64,000 nucleotides of DNA from Blepharisma stoltei ATCC 30299 (lineage: Eukaryota; Protista; Ciliophora). The notes under the pieces are model-generated. The model was not told the DNA's origin. It saw only the letters and a list, made by a program, of their open reading frames with translations, and searched no databases. Position numbers and translations under genes: made by a program. This document shows, piece by piece, positions 26,534-39,119 of this stretch. The DNA lies in NCBI GenBank assembly GCA_965603825.1, contig CBFDEM010000020.1:877960-941959 (forward strand), read 5' to 3'. Position 1 is the stretch's first letter; every line of letters starts with the position of its first letter.

Positions 26534-27295
26534 TTAACGTGCAGGTTTTCCTTCATTTTTTGGGTTAAAATTGCCTTGGTTTCTGTTTTCACTTACCCTA
26601 GGGTATGAGGTCTGAGTTGTGTCTTGATTATTTTGGCTTTGGACTGGTCTCCTATATCATGGCTCCTCCACAGGCATTTTATCATATGATAGCTCTCCAT
26701 AAGGTGCCTGAGGGTTATAAGTATCAAAAGGGACTTCTGGATGTGTATTTGGTGATGCAAATTGTGATGGAAAATTCGGATTTTTATTATTTGGGAAAAA
26801 GTTTTTGTTGTAATTATAATCCACATTATAAGTTCTCTCTTTTATCTCATTAAATACCTCTGGTTTAGTATTTTGTTGATAGTAAATCTGTGGTTTATTC
26901 TTTTGCTCATGATAAATCTGAAGCTCTTTATGCATAGAAATCAGCTGTTTTTCATATTTTTCAGCCATTTTGGCACGCAGATCCATCTTCGATTTTCCTC
27001 CTCATATTCATAATTCCACCCAATACGTCAGTATAGACGATACTGCATATAGAGCATATTTTCCTTTATTAAATTTTCGCTCATTGGGAAACTTGAAATA
27101 ATATTTATCAGCATAAACAGTGCCGACCATAGCAAAAGCACACACTCCTAATTGCTTTCAGAAGGTTTTTCTTTCCATTTTTTCAAAGGCTTGATCGAGC
27201 TCTTCTTCTTTAATTTTTAATTTTCCGGATCTTTCGTCATCAACAAAAAAGTCAAGGAGCTTTTTTTTGTACACAGGGTTATTGTGAGGATCCAT
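26534..27295 (-). CDS. Two-TM hairpin protein with low-complexity N/Q/P tail (253 aa), unknown function
   Basis: ATG at 27295, 4 TGA=W, TAA at 26534; two hydrophobic segments followed by MAEKYEKQL. Confidence 0.75.
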
Positions 27296-27448
27296 TTATA
27301 CTGCAGGATATTTATAAGAAAATCATAGGATTAAATGCATTGATTTAAATAATTTATTAAATTCTTAGAACTATGATAGGAAAAAAGTTAATTCTAATGA
27401 ATAAAATTTAATTTTTTTATCATTTAGAAGAACCGATTATTAAGTTAA

Positions 27449-27985
27449 TTAAGATGTTTCATCAGTTTTTGTAGCGATTTCGATTGAGTCTTCTTTGGTT
27501 TGCTGGTTTCCTTTGGCTTCTTTTATGAAAGCATTATGCTCTTCTTTGATATTTTGAAAGGCTAATTCTAGATTAGGGTTATTCTCTCTCAGCTGTTTTT
27601 CATATATTTTACCCATTTCTAATTCATAGGCATATCTTTTTCAAGGTTTTTGCAGTCTATTATTAGCAATAATCGTTGCGCAAATTCCAATCAAAGCACA
27701 TCGAAATCGTGTTCTAGAATCTAAATTTCGAGGTACGCATACAAAAAAATCAAAACAAACTGTTCCTACCACTCCTACAGCGAAAATCAATTTCTGATTC
27801 TTAGCATAGTTTTTTAGATAATTATCATATTTCACATCTTCTTGGTTATTGAATTTTTCAAGCTTATTTTGATATCAGCTTTTTCGAAAAGCTTCTGTAA
27901 GTAATCTTTCATAATAATATTTTGTAATTTTCTGGGGTTTTGCTGCAATGCTCTCAGTATTACTCTCATTGGATTTTTGATCCAT
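27449..27985 (-). CDS. Two-TM hairpin protein (178 aa), unknown function
   Basis: ATG at 27985, 2 TGA=W, TAA at 27449; two hydrophobic segments followed by MGKIYEKQL. Confidence 0.75.
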
Positions 27986-28011
27986 ATTATTTATTTAGCG
28001 AAAGTATATTT

Positions 28012-29805
28012 ATGAAACAATTTTTAGATCTAAACCCAAAATTTCAAGATTTTTTGAATGAAGATTCCTCTGAAGGAAATCACCGTGAAAAAGAAATCTT
28101 CCGTGAAACAGAAATTGAACAAGTGACATCTTGGTCTTATGAAGAAGCCTTCCCTCAATTCGAAGCCATCCCCATCTCAGAAGCTGCAATGCAGACTCAC
28201 ATGTCCAATGAAAAAATTGGGCTTGTCAGAGAATTTCCTTTTGAAGCTTACTGTGAGCTGAATTTTCGAGGAAAAACTTCTTGAGGAGTCAAAGTCCCAC
28301 TGACCGACATTTTAAGTTTCAGCTCCAACGTAATTAAAAAGCCCTTGCTTAAAATGAACTCAAAATACCACAAGTCAGCACGTCAGACCTTTAAAAGTAA
28401 AAAATAATTAGACATCCTTTCATACATGAAGGAAAGAAGCTCTTCAAGACCTTCAATACATCATGCTAATAAACTGCTGAAAATAGGCATGGAGTCGCCG
28501 CCTGAAATTTGTGACGAAATTTATTGCCAATTGGTAAAGCAGACTAATAATAACCCTAAAATAAAGAGCACGCTAAGAGCTTGGACTTTGTTTGGGATAT
28601 GCTCAGGAGTTTTTGCGCCATCACCGAATTTAAGGCTGCCTTTGCTTAACCATTTAGTAAAAATAGTAGAAAATGAAAGTCAGGAAATTTCGAGCAAAAC
28701 TTGCTATTGTATTACGAGACTAGAAAAAATATACCAAAATGGCTCAAGATTGGTGCATCCAACTGAAATGGAGCTAAAATGCATGAAAGCTATGAGGCCG
28801 ATCCCTATAAAAGTTTATTTAATGAGTGGCTCATATATTTGTATGCTTATAGAGTCTTATGATAATTCAAATGATTTAAAATGTGCAGTACTAAGAAGAC
28901 TCGATATTTCAGTCTCAAAATTTTCTTATTTCGGATTTTACGAGTACTGTGAAGCCTCCGAACTAGAAGAAAGATACATAGAAGACTGTGAGCTGATTCT
29001 TGATATAATTTCTAAATGGAATGAAAATGAAAACCCAGAAGCTTTTAAATTGGTTTTAAAAATCAGAGTTTGGTATACACCAGGGCCAAAAGATATAGGA
29101 TCTCTATGTTTATTACATATTCAAAGCGTATTTGATGTAATTTCTTGTAAAATTCCTGTTTCTTTAAAAATTGCATTACTGCTAGGGGCATTAAAGCTGC
29201 ATATTGATATGGGGAATTCTAAGCAGTTAGATGCATTTTTGTATCAAAGATTATTTAATTATATTCCAGAAAGACTTATTCATTTACTAGCAAAAGAAGA
29301 CTGAATAGCGAAATTACTTCAAAAAAGGATGAGTTTTGATAAGTACTCGAAAATCGAAGCGCAAAGGAAATATCTTGAAGTTTTGAGCTCTGAGCCGCTA
29401 TATGGGTCAAATATGTTTTATTTGATTTCATATGACCTAAATGAAGAAATAACAATGCTTCCGTATGATGTATTATTGGTAATAAATTCAAATGGAGCGA
29501 TGATTTATACGCGCGACCATAGAGAAGAATTATTAAAATTTAAATACTCAGAAATAAGCAGCTGGGGGGTGAGTAAAGATATGTTCGCGCTAATAGTAGC
29601 TAAAGGTGGAGCACAAACACAATATATGTTTAAAACAGTATTAGCAAGAGTTATTAGCTCCCTTATGGAAGCATATGTAAACAAATCACTAGGAAGACCA
29701 ATAGGCCAGCTGCCTACACAAAACACAAATTTAAGAAAAATTGGGCTACAACGAGAACTTATTACAAAATTCCCAAGACTACAAGCAGAATTATTTAAAA
29801 TGTAA
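28012..29805 (+). CDS. MyTH4-FERM domain protein without a motor domain (2 exons, ~592 aa)
   Basis: FKNILSYMKER after the intron; ICDEIYCQLVKQTNNNP..RAWTL (MyTH4); FERM lobes ending in YGSNMF..VINSNG..ISSWG; TGA=W at 28282 and 29302. Confidence 0.88.
28397..28411 (+). other. 15-nt intron (GTAAAAAATAATTAG) with an in-frame TAA
   Basis: Removal restores the MyTH4 start motif. Confidence 0.9.
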
Positions 29806-29808
29806 AAA

Positions 29809-32253
29809 TTATATAATAAGCGAAGAAGTGTTTACTGTATATGCTGTTGTTGATAAAGAATTTAGTGGCGAACTGTGTGCAGACTTAAATCGCGTTTTCT
29901 TTAATTTTCGGTCTTTAGAACTTTGAGCGGTCTGTGGGCTTTGCGGGATATTATTTTTTATTCTTGTTGATAATCTTGAAATTTTTTTCATAAAAGGCTG
30001 GGGACTTGTGACAGCTGAAGCTGATTTTTCTAATTTTTGTGATGCTCGCTTATGGTAGATTTTTAAGTCTTTTAGCCTTTTATCTAGATTTCTAGCTTCT
30101 TGGAAAATCCCTTGGTAACGCATTGTAGGAGAAAGCTGGGGAAGCCCATTAGACAGGCTTCGCTTTAGTATTTTTTGTGATTTTCCTGGGCTTTTTTTAA
30201 GATCTTCTGTTTTTTCTTGATCTGGAGGGGCTTCATAAACTTTTTCTATCACTCTGTATCTAGAAATAGGCTCAGTGTCTTCAGTGATAAAGATTCTTTG
30301 CTTCATTTGATCTTGTGTTTGCTTTTTAAATCTTGGCTCTTTATAAACTCCTCCTGGCATATTAATTTTTAGATTTTCATAGAATGCATTAATTTTCTTC
30401 GGATAGCGCTGTTTATATAAAATCACTATGTCTTTAAATAAAGTATTTGTGGATGTTTCAGTTGCTGTAAAAAATCTAAGAAAAATAGTAAAAAGTGTCA
30501 AAACTTGATTTTTGAAATTTCTATGGATTTCTTCTAACAAAATAATGATATTTTTTTCAATATTTTCCCAATAATTTTCAAGATTTTCTTTATTTTTTTC
30601 ATTTTTCAGATAATTTATTAAATTTTCTTCAGTCAATAATTGCCTTATAATAGGTATAGAATTCAACAATTCAATGAATTTTTTTGAGTTTTCTTTTTCA
30701 CTAGGAAATATCCTTAAATAGACCTCATCAATTTCTGCGTTAGACAAAGGTAAATAAGGTAGCATTTCTTCTTCAAATGTGCTTTCACCATTCTCTTCTT
30801 CATGCTTTGAGGTAGCAGTCGATTTCATACTTTCACGAGATCGCGCTGCTTCTACACGAGATAGTGGTTTTTGAATAGGCTTTTGTGGCTTAAGCTGCTC
30901 AACTATTATTCGCTTTATTGAGCCTTTTCTTAAATTTGGGAGCTCTATTGACGTATATTCATAAACTTCATTTACATTAGTGCCTAAATCGTTACTGTAT
31001 TTTTTAATTAGCCCCAAAACTTTGAATGACTGGCTTATATCGCCAAGTGCTTGATAATAAATTTTCATAATTAAATTATCAATTCCATGGGCTTCTTGAA
31101 CTGAAAAATTTACTGTAACATCATTAAGACTTGACCTAATATCATTATAAGTCATAGGATTTTTAGGTATTTCATTTAAGTCTGTGTCCATTTTTAGCAG
31201 TTCTAATTCATTTTTTAATTCCTCACACAAGTTTTCGTCAAGAATATGCTGGCTTGTAAGCTCAGTAAACATAGTGGATAATGAAATTTCATGAGATTTT
31301 AATTCTTTAAAACCTTCGATTATTTTTAATGTATCTTCATCAGCAATTCCATTCATAAAATTTATATGGTAGCCTTGAGTTTTTAAAATTTCTTCAATTA
31401 TTTTGAATTTTTCGTGATACGTTTTTAAATTCTGGGCATTCATCTTTGATAATTCTTTAATATTAATTTTTTCTTTTACTCCATTTTCTAGCTCATTTAT
31501 TAAATTGATTTTGGCTTCTTTTTTTGCTTTGTTTTTCATTCTCGCATAGGTGATTCTTTCTATTAAAGATTGATATTGATTTTCAACTTTTTCTTTTTTT
31601 CTCAGCATTAAATCATAAGCTCTTCTATAAGATTCTTTCATATTTTCTCCATCATTTTTGCATTGGATCACTTGCCCTTGTGCTGATGTGAGCTCATTTA
31701 AAGCTAAAAACTGAGCATTTTTTATTTCTGTATAATTCGTTGTAAGTCTTTTGAAAGCATCAGCAGTTTCAACTGACAATTTTTTGCTTTCCCCCATCTC
31801 TTTTCTTTTAATTTCTAATTTTGTTTTAAGTCTTTCAGTTTCAAACAATTCTTCTTCGATTTTTTCATTCATTTCATTAATATCTCCTTTGATTTTTTCA
31901 ATTTTTTCCAAATAAGCAGAAAAATCAGAATCTCCTCATTGCGCTTGTTTTAATTCAGATACGAGTGTTGATAAGCAATTTAATTGGATTTCTTTTTGTG
32001 TATTTCGTGCTGTGGCTTCATTAAGGGCTTTGAAAAGAGTTTTTGTTTCTAAATATTGTGAGGTTTTTTGTCTTTGAGAGACAATATGGCTTCCATATTC
32101 TTTATTTATAAGGCATTCAGTTGCACTGTATTCGTCTCTTAGCATTTCACTTAAATTCCCTTTCTCTTCTTGATTCGTCGCGATTTCTGAAACGCTGAAA
32201 ACTGATTCATTATTTAAATTTATTTCTTCATCTGGTGCTGGAGGTTTAAGCAT
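29809..32253 (-). CDS. Coiled-coil protein (814 aa), unknown function
   Basis: Two ORFs joined by TGA=W at 31936; heptad-rich E/K N-terminal half; basic, Ser-rich tail. Confidence 0.8.
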
Positions 32254-32730
32254 TTTTCTTAATTATTAATATATTTTAAAAGAAATTTTAAAGATGTTTA
32301 CTAGTTTTCTCAGTAATTATAAATTATTTGCAATCTTTTTTGCATTAATTATGAAATTCGTAAATAAAAATAAACTTATACTCCGAAAAATATAATGAAA
32401 GATTTAATAAAATATATCCGTGGAAAGATGATAACTTTTATGATCCGAAACCAATTCTTGTCTCATTAGATTTAAATGGATAAGCTATTGGTAAATCCAG
32501 ATCCAATGGCTCATTTTCGCCAAATTTGCAATTTTGATCTTTTTAGAGCTAACAAGCAGGATCAATTTCTCGAAAATAATGTTCCAGAAAGGATATATTT
32601 CCTGAGGTTAACTTTAAGTATCAACCGAAAAAATAACGAAGCTTAAATATTTTATTTCAATTAAACCAAAAAGAACTATTTAATAAATTCCTGATTTCAT
32701 TTATTCTAAACTTAAAGCCATAGTAAAATA

Positions 32731-33483
32731 ATGGTAGACTACAGTTCAATTCCAGATTGGCTGATCGCTATTGTTGCTCAGAAGCCTAAGTTTAACATGC
32801 AGTTCACTGAGTACGAAGAAAAGCTCGTCGCGAGTCGCCCAGATCCCAAGCTTCCAGAGGATCTTCAAAAATTATTTGACAATAACCCTGAAGAGTTCAA
32901 AAAAAAGTGCTTGCTGACTTCTTATTCAGGTGTCGACAATTATAGAGAAAACTTCGTCATTCGCAAACTCCTTTTACTAGCTTATAAAAAGAATATTTTG
33001 CCTGAATTTGGAGCCACCAGTGATGAAAAAGATTTTATCTCTGCAAGAAGGTGGTACAATTTCTATCATTTCATCTATAATTCTATATTTATAGGTGCAT
33101 TTGGCTTGCTAAATTTTGCTTATGTCCTTCCCAGATTCTCTGCAATCGGTCTTCCACTCGCAATTGGCAGCAATGCTTCATTGTATTTGTCTTTAATGTT
33201 TCTAAAAGATCCTTTCCTGCACAACTCAAAGATAAAAGCAAGAATAGCCCAATATAGAGTTGCGGATAAATACAAAGAAATTCTATTGAAATATCACCAA
33301 GAAAATCGTCTCTTATATAGATTCCACCCTCGCGCTGTTTTCCCACCAAACCCTCTAAATAAGGAAGAAAAGCTTTATGACCGAGTCAACTTATTTTGGA
33401 AAGCTTTGAATACTGACCCGAGTGATTTGGAGAATCAGCAGAAGACCTCATTACTTAGATATAAGTCAGAAAAGAATTTATAG
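32731..33483 (+). CDS. Two-TM membrane protein (250 aa), unknown function
   Basis: Intact ORF; two hydrophobic segments followed by YRVADKYKEIL. Confidence 0.8.
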   Translation: MVDYSSIPDWLIAIVAQKPKFNMQFTEYEEKLVASRPDPKLPEDLQKLFDNNPEEFKKKCLLTSYSGVDNYRENFVIRKLLLLAYKKNILPEFGATSDEKDFISARRWYNFYHFIYNSIFIGAFGLLNFAYVLPRFSAIGLPLAIGSNASLYLSLMFLKDPFLHNSKIKARIAQYRVADKYKEILLKYHQENRLLYRFHPRAVFPPNPLNKEEKLYDRVNLFWKALNTDPSDLENQQKTSLLRYKSEKNL

Positions 33484-33529
33484 CTTAATATATAAGCTTC
33501 TTTAATTATTGTACGCTTAAAATATGAAT

Positions 33530-33645
33530 TAGGTGCATTTGGCTGGCTCATATCCTTCCCAGATTTTCTGCAATCGGTCTCCTCGTAATTAGCAGCAATA
33601 TTTCATTGCTTTTGTACAAATCAAAAATAAAATCAAGAATTGCTC
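33530..33645 (+). repeat. Decayed partial duplicate of the TM-coding part of the upstream gene
   Basis: taggtgcatttggct...ccttcccagattttctgcaatcggtct...gcagcaat...tcattg matches 33092-33183 with deletions; aaatcaaaaataaaatcaagaat resembles 33223-33245. Confidence 0.8.
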
Positions 33646-34183
33646 TAAATGCTCTATTTATTAACCAAAATTTAAGTAAGCATTATGAGGAGGGTAATTT
33701 CTCTAATTGATAAAATTTCAGAATGGCCTAATAATTTAGTAAAATTAGAGAAATAATTACTGTGAAACTGATTAATTGCATCTGAATTGAATTTGAAGAA
33801 AAAGCTCTAGATATCTATAAGCCATAGCTTATAATTACATCTTTAGTAGTAGCGAATCTGAAGTTAAATATAAATTCTATTAAACGAAGTGATACATGAA
33901 GAAAATAGTTAGATTATATTTGAGAGAGAGCAATGTATTTGTAAGATAGTTATCTCAGCCATGGAGAAATCACCTAGGATTTATTTTCCCCAATTTTGTA
34001 GCACCTTTTTTGTTGAGATAGTCATAATTAAGGAGCATCAAAACCTTCAAAAATAAACACAAAATATTTTAAATATTAGCGAGAAAGGATGGATTGATAA
34101 TTTAAAGGCAAAATGAGGATATTTGAAGGCTGTAAATTTTAGGTATTATTATTGCTGTTTTGTTTATATCTAAAATAACACTA

Positions 34184-34234
34184 ATAATGGCTTAAATATC
34201 TATTTTTATTCGACACCATTTTGGGGAAATAATG
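34184..34234 (+). promoter_or_regulatory. Conserved 5' element of the cathepsin Z-like paralogues (ACCATTTTGGGGAAATAATG)
   Basis: Near-identical motif immediately before the ATG of copies 1, 2 and 3. Confidence 0.6.
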
Positions 34235-35911
34235 ATTAGCAATAAGATAATCTTTATAAATCTTGCTGTTCTGGTCATTTTTACAAATGGAAGCTACCCT
34301 GATATCAATTCTTCTTTAGATCTGCCTTCAAATTTGTTCTGGGGTAAAGAAAAGGGAATTAGCTATCTTACGGTATCAAGAAACATAAAAAATCTTGAGT
34401 ATTGTTCAGGTTCTTGGGCCTTAGCTGCCACTACCGTCCTTTCTGATCGCTTTAAGGTCCTAAGGAATGCTTCATGGCCTGACTATAGCATTTCTCCACA
34501 AGTCGCGCTTAGTTGCATATCAAGTGTCCAAGGCTGCTCTGAAGAAGGAGACCCAACACTAGTCTACGATTATATTTTAAATAATGGAATTACTGATGAA
34601 ACTTGCGCAATTTACCAAGCTCGCGATTTTTCAAACGGAGCCCCTTGTGATAGATTAGCCATATGCAAAACTTGTTTCCCTAATGGAAAATGTGACATTC
34701 CTAGTAAATATTATCTTTATAATATCACAGGATATACTGTAGCTAAAGGTGAAACTCAAATGCTAACTGCTTTACAAAGTGGGCCAATTGCATGTAGACT
34801 CAATAGCACAAATGAGTTTGTAGAATACAACTCTATGGATGATATACTTGTCCCTACAAAATCTCCAAGTAATGGTACAATTTATGTTTCAATTGTTGGA
34901 TATGGAATTGATTCTTTTGGCACAAAATACTGGATGGGCAGAAACTCTTGGGGAACAAGCTGGGGAGATATAGGATTCTTTAATCTAATAAGAGGAACAG
35001 ACGCTTTAGGGATTGAGGAATATTGTGTTTACCCTACTCCTAACTTAACAGTTACTGTTGTCACTACTAACAGTCAAGGAATAGAAGAAAGAACATTTAT
35101 CAATAATTTTGAGCTCCCTAAGTATCTAGAAGAACCAGCTAATTCTTTTAGAGCCAAGCAAGCTGAAGATAAAGCTTTAGCTGCTGTTCCTTCAGCATGG
35201 GATTGGAGAAATGCAAAAGGTAAAAATTATTTATCATGGGTCAGAAACCAAAATATTCCTCAATATTGTGAAGCTTCTTGGGCCTTTGCTCCTGCATCTT
35301 CTGTCACTGACCGCTTAAATATTTTGCATTTTAATGACACTTTTCCTCAATTCATTATATCGCCACAAGATATAATTAATAACGGTGTAGGAAATTGCAG
35401 CTCTGGAGACGTGTCAGCACTCTATAGAGATTTCTTACAGAATGGGTATTCAGACGACACATGCTTGCAGTATGTAGCGGACAATTCAAGCACATTTGAC
35501 TGTTATAATTGTGTACCGCCAGCACCTCAGGAAGGTAAAAACTCATACTGCAGCCCTATTGCGCCTCCTTTCTTATTTAAAGTCAGCAGGTATAAAAACC
35601 TTGCTGGGGCGACCAAAATGATGCAAGAAATTTATACGAATGGACCAATCACATGTGGAATCTACGCAAGCAAAGGATTTGCTAACTACACTGGAGGAAT
35701 TTATAGTGAAATTTCAAAAATTTCCACAATAAGCCAATATATCTCTCTTGTAGGATGGGGAGTAGACCCTTCAACGAAAATTCAATACTGGATTGGAAGA
35801 AATTCTTGGGGAACAGGCTGGGGTGAGTATGGATTTTTCAGAATGCAAATGTTTAGAGATAACCTTGGGATTGAGACTGATTGCGTGGCTGCAGTTCCGA
35901 TTTTTGGATAA
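34232..35911 (+). CDS. Double-domain cathepsin Z-like C1A protein 1 (559 aa), predicted pseudoprotease
   Basis: Two papain domains (YLTVSRN..YCSGSW; RNQNIPQYCEASW; RNSWG twice). Catalytic Cys is Ser in both domains; His is Ile or Gln. Confidence 0.9.
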   Translation: MISNKIIFINLAVLVIFTNGSYPDINSSLDLPSNLFWGKEKGISYLTVSRNIKNLEYCSGSWALAATTVLSDRFKVLRNASWPDYSISPQVALSCISSVQGCSEEGDPTLVYDYILNNGITDETCAIYQARDFSNGAPCDRLAICKTCFPNGKCDIPSKYYLYNITGYTVAKGETQMLTALQSGPIACRLNSTNEFVEYNSMDDILVPTKSPSNGTIYVSIVGYGIDSFGTKYWMGRNSWGTSWGDIGFFNLIRGTDALGIEEYCVYPTPNLTVTVVTTNSQGIEERTFINNFELPKYLEEPANSFRAKQAEDKALAAVPSAWDWRNAKGKNYLSWVRNQNIPQYCEASWAFAPASSVTDRLNILHFNDTFPQFIISPQDIINNGVGNCSSGDVSALYRDFLQNGYSDDTCLQYVADNSSTFDCYNCVPPAPQEGKNSYCSPIAPPFLFKVSRYKNLAGATKMMQEIYTNGPITCGIYASKGFANYTGGIYSEISKISTISQYISLVGWGVDPSTKIQYWIGRNSWGTGWGEYGFFRMQMFRDNLGIETDCVAAVPIFG

Positions 35912-36540
35912 ATTAATTAATTTATTCAGTTATATGAAAGTTTAATTAGCTTGTATTTTTTCATATAGCTCTGTCAAAGTTAATATGCTTAGCCTAAAAT
36001 TGGTTAAATAAATTAAAAAGAGAAAAAATTAAATAACTGTTAGAATAAATATTTCAAGCATTCTAATTAGCTATTTAGATATGTAATTTCAAGAAATGGA
36101 AATAATTGACTAATATTAGCAAAAAAGAGAAATAATGTCACCAAATATGTTAGTCGACACTAAATTGTATTCAAAGAGAATAATTAAAATATCTAGAAGC
36201 CGAAATTTTATAATTGAATTCTGAAAATCACTAATGCATAAAATAATACAATATTTCAAAAGTACAGCTGAAAAAGAAAATATAAATTTATATGCTATTT
36301 TCAAGAGTTAAAAATCCTTCAAAGAAGCCAATTAAGCAAGGAAGCGCTAATTAGCACCTATATTGAAAAAGAAAATTATATTTTAAAAACCCAATGCTCT
36401 GGACTCGACTTTAATTGGGTTATTCCTAAGAAAATTCAATTTAAAAGGTTTAAGCTTGCTTTAAAATAAAAAAAATATTCAAACGTTTGTTTCTTTAAAA
36501 CCTTTATATTTTCTTGTGTATTTCATAAAGAAAGCTTTTA

Positions 36541-36593
36541 TAATAGCCTAAACTCTTATTTTTTAACTGGTGACCATTTTTGGGGAAATAATG
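36541..36593 (+). promoter_or_regulatory. Conserved 5' element, copy 2 (ACCATTTTTGGGGAAATAATG)
   Basis: Same motif as at 34215 and 39803. Confidence 0.6.
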
Positions 36594-38270
36594 TTTAAAG
36601 CTCAGCTAGCCATTTTAACACTTGCTACTTTCTTGACTTTTGCAAATCAAGGAAATTCTGATTTTACTTCTCAGTCCTTAAGCTTGCCTACAAATTTGTT
36701 TTGGGGTAAAGTAAATGGTACCAGCTACCTTACGGTAACAAGAAACATAAAAAATCTTGAATATTGCTCATCCTCTTGGGCCATGGCCGCCACAACTGTC
36801 CTTTCAGACCGCTTCAAGGTCCTTAGGAATGCTTCATGGCCTGACTTTAACATATCTCCACAAGTAGCACTTAGTTGTATATCAAGTGTCCAAGGCTGCT
36901 CTGAAGAAGGAGACCCAGCGCAAGTCTACGATTATATTTTAAATAATGGAATTACTGAAGAAACTTGCGCAGTTTACCAAGCTCGCGATTTTTCAAATGG
37001 AGCCCCTTGTGATAGATTAGCCAGATGCAAGACTTGTTTCCCTAATGGAAAATGTGACATTCCTAGCAAATATTATGTATACAATATCACTGGATATGCT
37101 GTAGCCAAAGGCCAAACACAAATGCTAAACGCTTTACAAAGTGGGCCTATTGTATGCAGACTGAATAGCACAGATCAGTTTGTGCAGTACAGCTCTAACG
37201 ATGATATACTTATCCCTACACAATCAGCAAGCAATGGCACCATTTATGTATCAATTGTTGGATATGGAGTCGATTCTAAAGGCAATAATTATTGGATCGG
37301 CAGAAACTCTTGGGGAATTGGCTGGGGAGATGCAGGATTCTTTAATATTATAAGAGGAACTGACGCTTTAGGGGTTGAAGAATATTGTGTTTACCCTACT
37401 CCTTCTCTAATAGTTACTGTTGTGAACACTAACCAAGGGATAGAAGAAAAAACTTTAATCAGTAGTTTCGATCTCCCCAGAATTCAAGAGCCAGCCAAAT
37501 CTTTCAGAGTAAAACCAGTAGCTGATGAAACTCTAGCTGCCGTTCCTTCATCCTGGGATTGGAGAAATGTAAAAGGTAAAAATTATTTATCATGGGCTAG
37601 AAACCAAAATATCCCACAATACTTGGATGCTTCTTGGGCCTTTGCAACTGCTTCTTCTGTTACTGACCGTTTAAATATTCTATTTTTTAACGACACTTTT
37701 CCACAGTTCATTATATCCCCACAAGACATGATCAATAATGTTGTAGGAGCATTCGGTTCTGGAGATCTATCCTCACTTTATAAATATTTCCAACAATTTG
37801 GGTTTTCAGATGACACATGCCTGCAGTATGTAGCAGAAAACCGAAATTCGTTTGACTGCAGCATTTGTGTACCTCCAGCACCCGCTGATGTAAGCGATAA
37901 TTCATACTGCAGTTCTGCTCCGATCCCTATAACATTTAAAATCAGCAGCTACAAAAACCTTGCCGGGGCGACAAAAATGATGCAAGAGATTTATACAAAT
38001 GGACCAATCACATGTGGAATTTATGCAAGCGCAAAGTTCGCTAATTACACATCAGGAATTTATAGCGAAATTTCAAAAATTTCCACAATCAGTCAATATG
38101 TATCAGTTGTAGGCTGGGGAGTAGATCCATCAACAAACAATAAATATTGAATTGGGAGGAATTCTTGGGGCACAGGCTGGGGTGATTATGGATTCTTTTT
38201 TATGCAAATGCTTAGAGATAACCTTGGCATTGAAACTGACTGTACGGCTGCAATCCCAACTTTTAAATAA
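36591..38270 (+). CDS. Double-domain cathepsin Z-like protein 2 (559 aa), predicted pseudoprotease
   Basis: ATG at 36591; TGA=W at 38148 (KY-W-IGRNSWG) extends the ORF to TAA at 38268. Motifs YCSSSW and YLDASW. Confidence 0.9.
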
Positions 38271-39119
38271 ATTAGTTTATTCACATTAAATAATAGGAGT
38301 TTATCTGATTTGAATCATAGCAAAATCGCTAGTATTGAAAAACCCATTTAATAAAAAGTAAATATCTATAGACTGGTACCTGGATAGATAAATTACTCTT
38401 GCTATTTAAATATATACTCTTCTTTACATTTCTATCCCAAAAGCTCTTTTATACATATTAGATCAGCATTTAATTGGTTAATACTCATTATAACCCTATT
38501 TAAAGGCTTATAGTAGCTCAGAAAATGATAGATTAATATTAAGTCATAATTTTTTGATAGAATTAAAAGTTTGTAAGTAGGCTCGACTTGCTCAGTAACC
38601 CTATATTAAGCAAATATGCAAAAATGATTGGCATAGTAATTTATTCTAATGGCTATCTGAAACAAATAACTTTACAATTATAGCATTTAAAATGAAAGGT
38701 AGCTCAATGATTCTTTAGAATTATGCTCTTATTGCTTTAATATATGAAAATCAAGGCCTAATTATATTTCCATCTTTATAAACTATAAAATATGAGTATA
38801 TTGCATGCATATATATAATTAAAAATATTCGCGAACCACTCTGGAAGAATTTAGCGAAATTGCAAGGATCTCTAGACTTAATTTGTATATTTTTGTTGTA
38901 AATGCGTTTCAGAATCTTAAATATTGATCAGGAAGTAATTATTTAGGAATAGGCTGTATGGATATGAATTTTTTAAGATGCAAATGTTTAGAGATAATTA
39001 TGGAATTCCTGCTGATTGAGCAGCCTAAGCTTTTAAATAAATTAGCTATATTATCTAATTTATGAAAGGGCACTTTTACTCGATTTAGTATGTCTATACA
39101 AGATTTGGTGATCAAACTG

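Noticed and set aside
26583-26596. 14-nt GTAAGTGAAAACAG as an intron (minus strand)
   Set aside because: Shorter than the 15/16-nt class, and the frame is open without splicing.
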